64,000 bases of DNA from an uncultured Lachnospiraceae bacterium (GTDB lineage Bacteria > Bacillota > Clostridia > Lachnospirales > Lachnospiraceae). Shown one piece after another: positions 61,179 to 64,000 of the stretch; position 1 is the first letter of the stretch; every line of letters starts with the position of its first letter. The position numbers and the translations under genes were made by a program. The stretch covers positions 12,291-76,290 of the forward strand of contig CANQAP010000006.1 in assembly GCA_947589305.1 (NCBI GenBank), in the 5' to 3' direction. The notes under the pieces were generated by a model. It did no database searches. It was not told the origin of the DNA and worked only from the letters and a program-made list of their open reading frames with translations.

Positions 61179-61237
61179 GAAAGTTCCTCCTTTATGAATC
61201 CAAGCACCTGCTCACCTATCGTCCCCCCCCCTTATAC

Positions 61238-61251
61238 AGAACAGATGTTCT
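61238..61251 (-). promoter_or_regulatory. LexA operator (Cheo/SOS box)
   Basis: AGAACAGATGTTCT, with the perfect palindrome core GAAC-N4-GTTC, immediately downstream of the -10 element of the uvrB promoter. Confidence 0.75.
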
Positions 61252-61255
61252 ATAT

Positions 61256-61284
61256 ATTTTACTTGATATTTGTATGCCTGTCAA
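61256..61284 (-). promoter_or_regulatory. uvrB promoter
   Basis: Minus strand TTGACA-17 nt-TAAAAT. Confidence 0.6.
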
Positions 61285-61364
61285 TCCTTCTCCGCTCTTT
61301 CTAAATATTCCCATCACTGACCATGTCTACACACCGTCTTCAGACCATGTTTATCCGATAAAAC

Positions 61365-61393
61365 AGCGGCAAGACCAAAACAGTCTTACCGCT
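61365..61393 (-). terminator. Terminator after the 318-aa gene
   Basis: Minus strand AGCGGTAAGAC-TGTTTTG-GTCTTGCCGCT followed by GTTTTAT. Confidence 0.6.
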
Positions 61394-61431
61394 TTTTATC
61401 TTCCACTATTACATATCTAACTGCTTGTCCG

Positions 61432-62388
61432 CTATCCCAATGCCGCAAACAAAGCGGCGATCTCATCCGGACTCAGTTTCTTGTTCGGATCATCTGAAAT
61501 GATCGAGGATACATCCCCAACCGGTTCTTCCGGTTCCACGACTGCTTCCGTCTGTGGTTCCTCTATGATCGATTCCTGTTCTGTTAAGATCGTCTCTTCT
61601 TCCGATATGGTTTCTTCCTGTTCTTCCGACTGTATCTGTGCGGATACCGGCTGAGGTTCCGGAACCGATGTCTGCGGTTCTTCCGCCGTCTCCGTTACAG
61701 GAACCGCTCCCTGTGGCGCCTGTACCGGCATAAATGCAACCGTCTGCTGTCCCGCGCTTAACTGCAGTTGAAGTGCCTGAATACTTGTATTAATATGCGC
61801 CAGCTCTCTGGACAGTTCATTTAAGGAATCGGATACGCCCCGATCCGGCACATCTGCCGTCGATCCCGACTGTCGGCTACGCAGTTCTTCCAGACATTTT
61901 TCCAGATTACTGTTTATGGAAGCGCATTGACCGGATAACGCCCCGACAATTTTCGTCGCGTCATCCTGCGCATATTTCACCTGAAATTTTGCCGCCTTTG
62001 TCTGTTCCTGAACCAATACCTGAATCTGTTCCGTGTTCATTTGCTGAGCTTTCAACAGTTCCTGCAAAGCCTCCGCCGAACGCTTACTCTGTACATATGT
62101 GCCTTTTCCCAAGGAATTGACCAGCCGGATCAGTTCTTCTCCCTGAAGCTTCATGCCTTCATAATTCATTCGTTCTCTCTGTTCCTCACCAACGGTAAGC
62201 TCCGGTTCCCGTTTGTGCAATCCGGTCACACAGGTAAACAGCCAAAATGCCGATGCCAGCAGCACTAAACTCGCGATTCCCAAAATCCAAACAGCGTCAC
62301 GATACTCCAACAGGCAATACACCGTTGCGATAGTCGCCGCGATCGTAAGCAGCGCAGCCGGAATCCAGTTCTTCTCTTTTCTTTTCAT
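61432..62388 (-). CDS. Hypothetical membrane-anchored coiled-coil protein with an acidic linker
   Basis: Two N-terminal TM helices, a Gln/Leu-rich coiled coil, an E/P/T/Q-rich stretch and the terminal peptide KKLSPDEIAALFAALG. Start lies 4 nt after the methyltransferase stop. Confidence 0.6.
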   Translation of the reverse strand: MKRKEKNWIPAALLTIAATIATVYCLLEYRDAVWILGIASLVLLASAFWLFTCVTGLHKREPELTVGEEQRERMNYEGMKLQGEELIRLVNSLGKGTYVQSKRSAEALQELLKAQQMNTEQIQVLVQEQTKAAKFQVKYAQDDATKIVGALSGQCASINSNLEKCLEELRSRQSGSTADVPDRGVSDSLNELSRELAHINTSIQALQLQLSAGQQTVAFMPVQAPQGAVPVTETAEEPQTSVPEPQPVSAQIQSEEQEETISEEETILTEQESIIEEPQTEAVVEPEEPVGDVSSIISDDPNKKLSPDEIAALFAALG

Positions 62389-62392
62389 ATGA

Positions 62393-63355
62393 CTATTCTC
62401 TCCTATCCTGTTTCGGTCGTTTTTTTTGTATCGCGGAGGTATTGCGTTCCCAAAACACTCCGTCCTGATATCCCTGAATGGTTGCGTCCTCTTCCGCCAT
62501 CTCTAAACGCTTTTGCGCCCAAGCGCAATATCGTTCATTCCATTCAATCCCTATATAATCACGTCCCAGTTTTTTTGCCGTAACCGCTGTCGTTCCGGCT
62601 CCGGCAAAGGGATCCAATACCAAATCACCTTCACGGCTGCTTGCCAAGATCAACTTTGCCATCAGTTTTTCCGGCTTCTGTGTCGGATGTCCGGTATTCT
62701 CAGGCATGGACCAGTATGGAATCGAAATATCATCCCAAAAATTCGACGGACAAGTGTTCCGGAATCTTCCTTCTTCCGTTTCCTCCCAATCTTTCGGCAT
62801 CCCGTCTTCCCGATAGGGAGCGATCACACGTTTGCGAAGTTTCACTTTTTCCAAATTAAACACATACGCATCCGATCTTGTGGCAAACCAGATGTCTTCC
62901 ATGCCGTTTTTCCAATTATATTTTGCTCCGCGGCCTTTTTCACGCTGCCAAGTGATTCGATTCCGAAGGATCAAGTAATCCTGAAGGACGTCTCCTATGA
63001 TCATACTGCTTTTCCAGTCACAGCAGACATAAACGGTTGCGGTCGGTTTCAACAATGGAAGAACCGATTTTATCCATTTGATTGTGTACGCACGATATTC
63101 TTGTTCCTGTTTTCGCACAAACGGGTTTCCGTGAAAATCTTTTGACAAATTATATGGCGGATCGACAATCAGCAGATCCACACATCCCTCCGGCAGGTTC
63201 GGCAGGATCTCAAAGGCGTCCCCGACCACGATCTGATTTCGTACTTCCTCCAGATTCACTGCCCGTTGGATGCGGATACATTTATCCAGATATACCTGCC
63301 CTTCTTCCAGTGAAAAATCAATGGTCTTATTTCGAGCTGCTTTTTTCCCTGCCAT
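62393..63355 (-). CDS. Beta-class (N6-adenine or N4-cytosine) DNA methyltransferase with no restriction partner in view
   Basis: Motif IV LIVDPPYNL precedes motif I VLDPFAGAGTT. HPTQKPEKL lies between them. Confidence 0.85.
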   Translation of the reverse strand: MAGKKAARNKTIDFSLEEGQVYLDKCIRIQRAVNLEEVRNQIVVGDAFEILPNLPEGCVDLLIVDPPYNLSKDFHGNPFVRKQEQEYRAYTIKWIKSVLPLLKPTATVYVCCDWKSSMIIGDVLQDYLILRNRITWQREKGRGAKYNWKNGMEDIWFATRSDAYVFNLEKVKLRKRVIAPYREDGMPKDWEETEEGRFRNTCPSNFWDDISIPYWSMPENTGHPTQKPEKLMAKLILASSREGDLVLDPFAGAGTTAVTAKKLGRDYIGIEWNERYCAWAQKRLEMAEEDATIQGYQDGVFWERNTSAIQKKRPKQDRRE

Positions 63356-63378
63356 ACTGCTTTCCTACCTGTCATACA

Positions 63379-64000
63379 CTAATTACTCAGAAGTTCCAGC
63401 GCCTTTTGCAGTTGTACATCCTGCTCTTCCGGTATAACCGGCTCATACAATAATTCCTCCGGCAATTCCACGACCACATCCGGTTCAATCCCTTTTTGAT
63501 GAATGTCGTTGCCGTTCGGGGTAAAATACTTCGCAATCGTCAGTTTCACCGCCGAACCATCCGATAACGGCATGATCTGCTGCACGATCCCTTTTCCAAA
63601 TGTCGTAGTACCGACAATCGTCGCCGCACCATGATCTTTCATACAGCCGGCAAATATCTCAGAGGCGCTCGCGCTACTTCCGTTTACCAAAACCACAATC
63701 GGAATATCTAACGATTCACTGGCATCCGCTTCAAACTGTTCCAAGATATTCCCGTCCTTATCCTCGGTATATACGATCATGCCGCTTGATAAAATCCGGT
63801 CGCACATATCCACCACCACATTCACATAACCGCCCGGATTGTTACGCAAATCTATGATCAAAGACTGCATTCCCTGCGACTGTAAATCCTGAATGGCTAA
63901 CGAAAACTGTTCCGCCGTTTTTTCATAAAAATCCGTCACCGCGATATAACCGATCTGATGATCCTTCATAGTATAGCTGACAGTAGAATTGTCAATCTTA
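63379..64000 (-). CDS. S41 carboxy-terminal processing protease (5' partial, continues past window end)
   Basis: GSSASASEIFAG and TFGKG catalytic-region motifs. The frame remains open upstream of the tracked ATG to base 64000. Confidence 0.85.
   Translation of the reverse strand, partial: KIDNSTVSYTMKDHQIGYIAVTDFYEKTAEQFSLAIQDLQSQGMQSLIIDLRNNPGGYVNVVVDMCDRILSSGMIVYTEDKDGNILEQFEADASESLDIPIVVLVNGSSASASEIFAGCMKDHGAATIVGTTTFGKGIVQQIMPLSDGSAVKLTIAKYFTPNGNDIHQKGIEPDVVVELPEELLYEPVIPEEQDVQLQKALELLSN

Noticed and set aside
61432-62388. The 318-aa gene as the restriction endonuclease partner of the methyltransferase.
   Set aside because: The product is a two-TM, coiled-coil, acidic protein with no PD-(D/E)xK, HNH or GIY-YIG-like motif visible.

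Overview
The window reads as chromosomal core from a spore-forming, probably motile Firmicute (Clostridia, Lachnospiraceae-like gene content). All calls come from reading the ORF track and the DNA by eye; no database search was run. About 85% is coding, and most genes lie on the minus strand.

Recognisable blocks:
- mutS2 3' end, followed by an OmpR-type two-component pair.
- trmL, cheX, an aminotransferase, an Lrp regulator, an AIR-synthase-like gene and a VanW gene.
- nth, a DUF815-type ATPase, an MCP and a MATE exporter.
- A GntR-ABC-ABC2 operon with a consensus promoter and operator.
- A four-tRNA operon (Tyr-Leu-Phe-Gly) and a GH13 glycosidase.
- The conserved spoIIE-tilS-hpt-ftsH block.
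- The yabP-yabQ-divIC / S4 / hup / spoVT sporulation-division block, interrupted by a NatAB-like ABC pair.
- galE, plsY, an EIIC-like permease, YitT and xth.
- rplJ-rplL-rpoB-rpoC with its own promoter and leader.
- A 7TM hybrid kinase with an odd response regulator, a FliD-like orphan and a CheY-like gene.
- A large cell-wall-binding surface protein.
- A TPP-riboswitch-controlled ykoF/thiXYZ-like operon.
- uvrBA with a LexA box.
- An orphan beta-class DNA methyltransferase and the 3' part of an S41 protease gene.

I see no transposase, integrase, prophage, CRISPR array or recognisable defence system.

The stretches least explained by ordinary annotation are:
1. Three tandem 58-bp double-hairpin repeats next to an untracked 35-codon hydrophobic ORF (7963-8267).
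2. An array of about 12 His/Cys3 modules inside the surface protein (50840-52360).
3. The phosphorelay plus FliD-like cluster wedged against the ribosomal operon (44747-50351).
4. A promoter-to-terminator unit with C-rich motifs downstream of ftsH (19805-19916).
5. A duplicated hairpin cassette in a tRNA spacer (17294-17404).

None of these is proven to be a new system. They are ranked hypotheses, each with a test.
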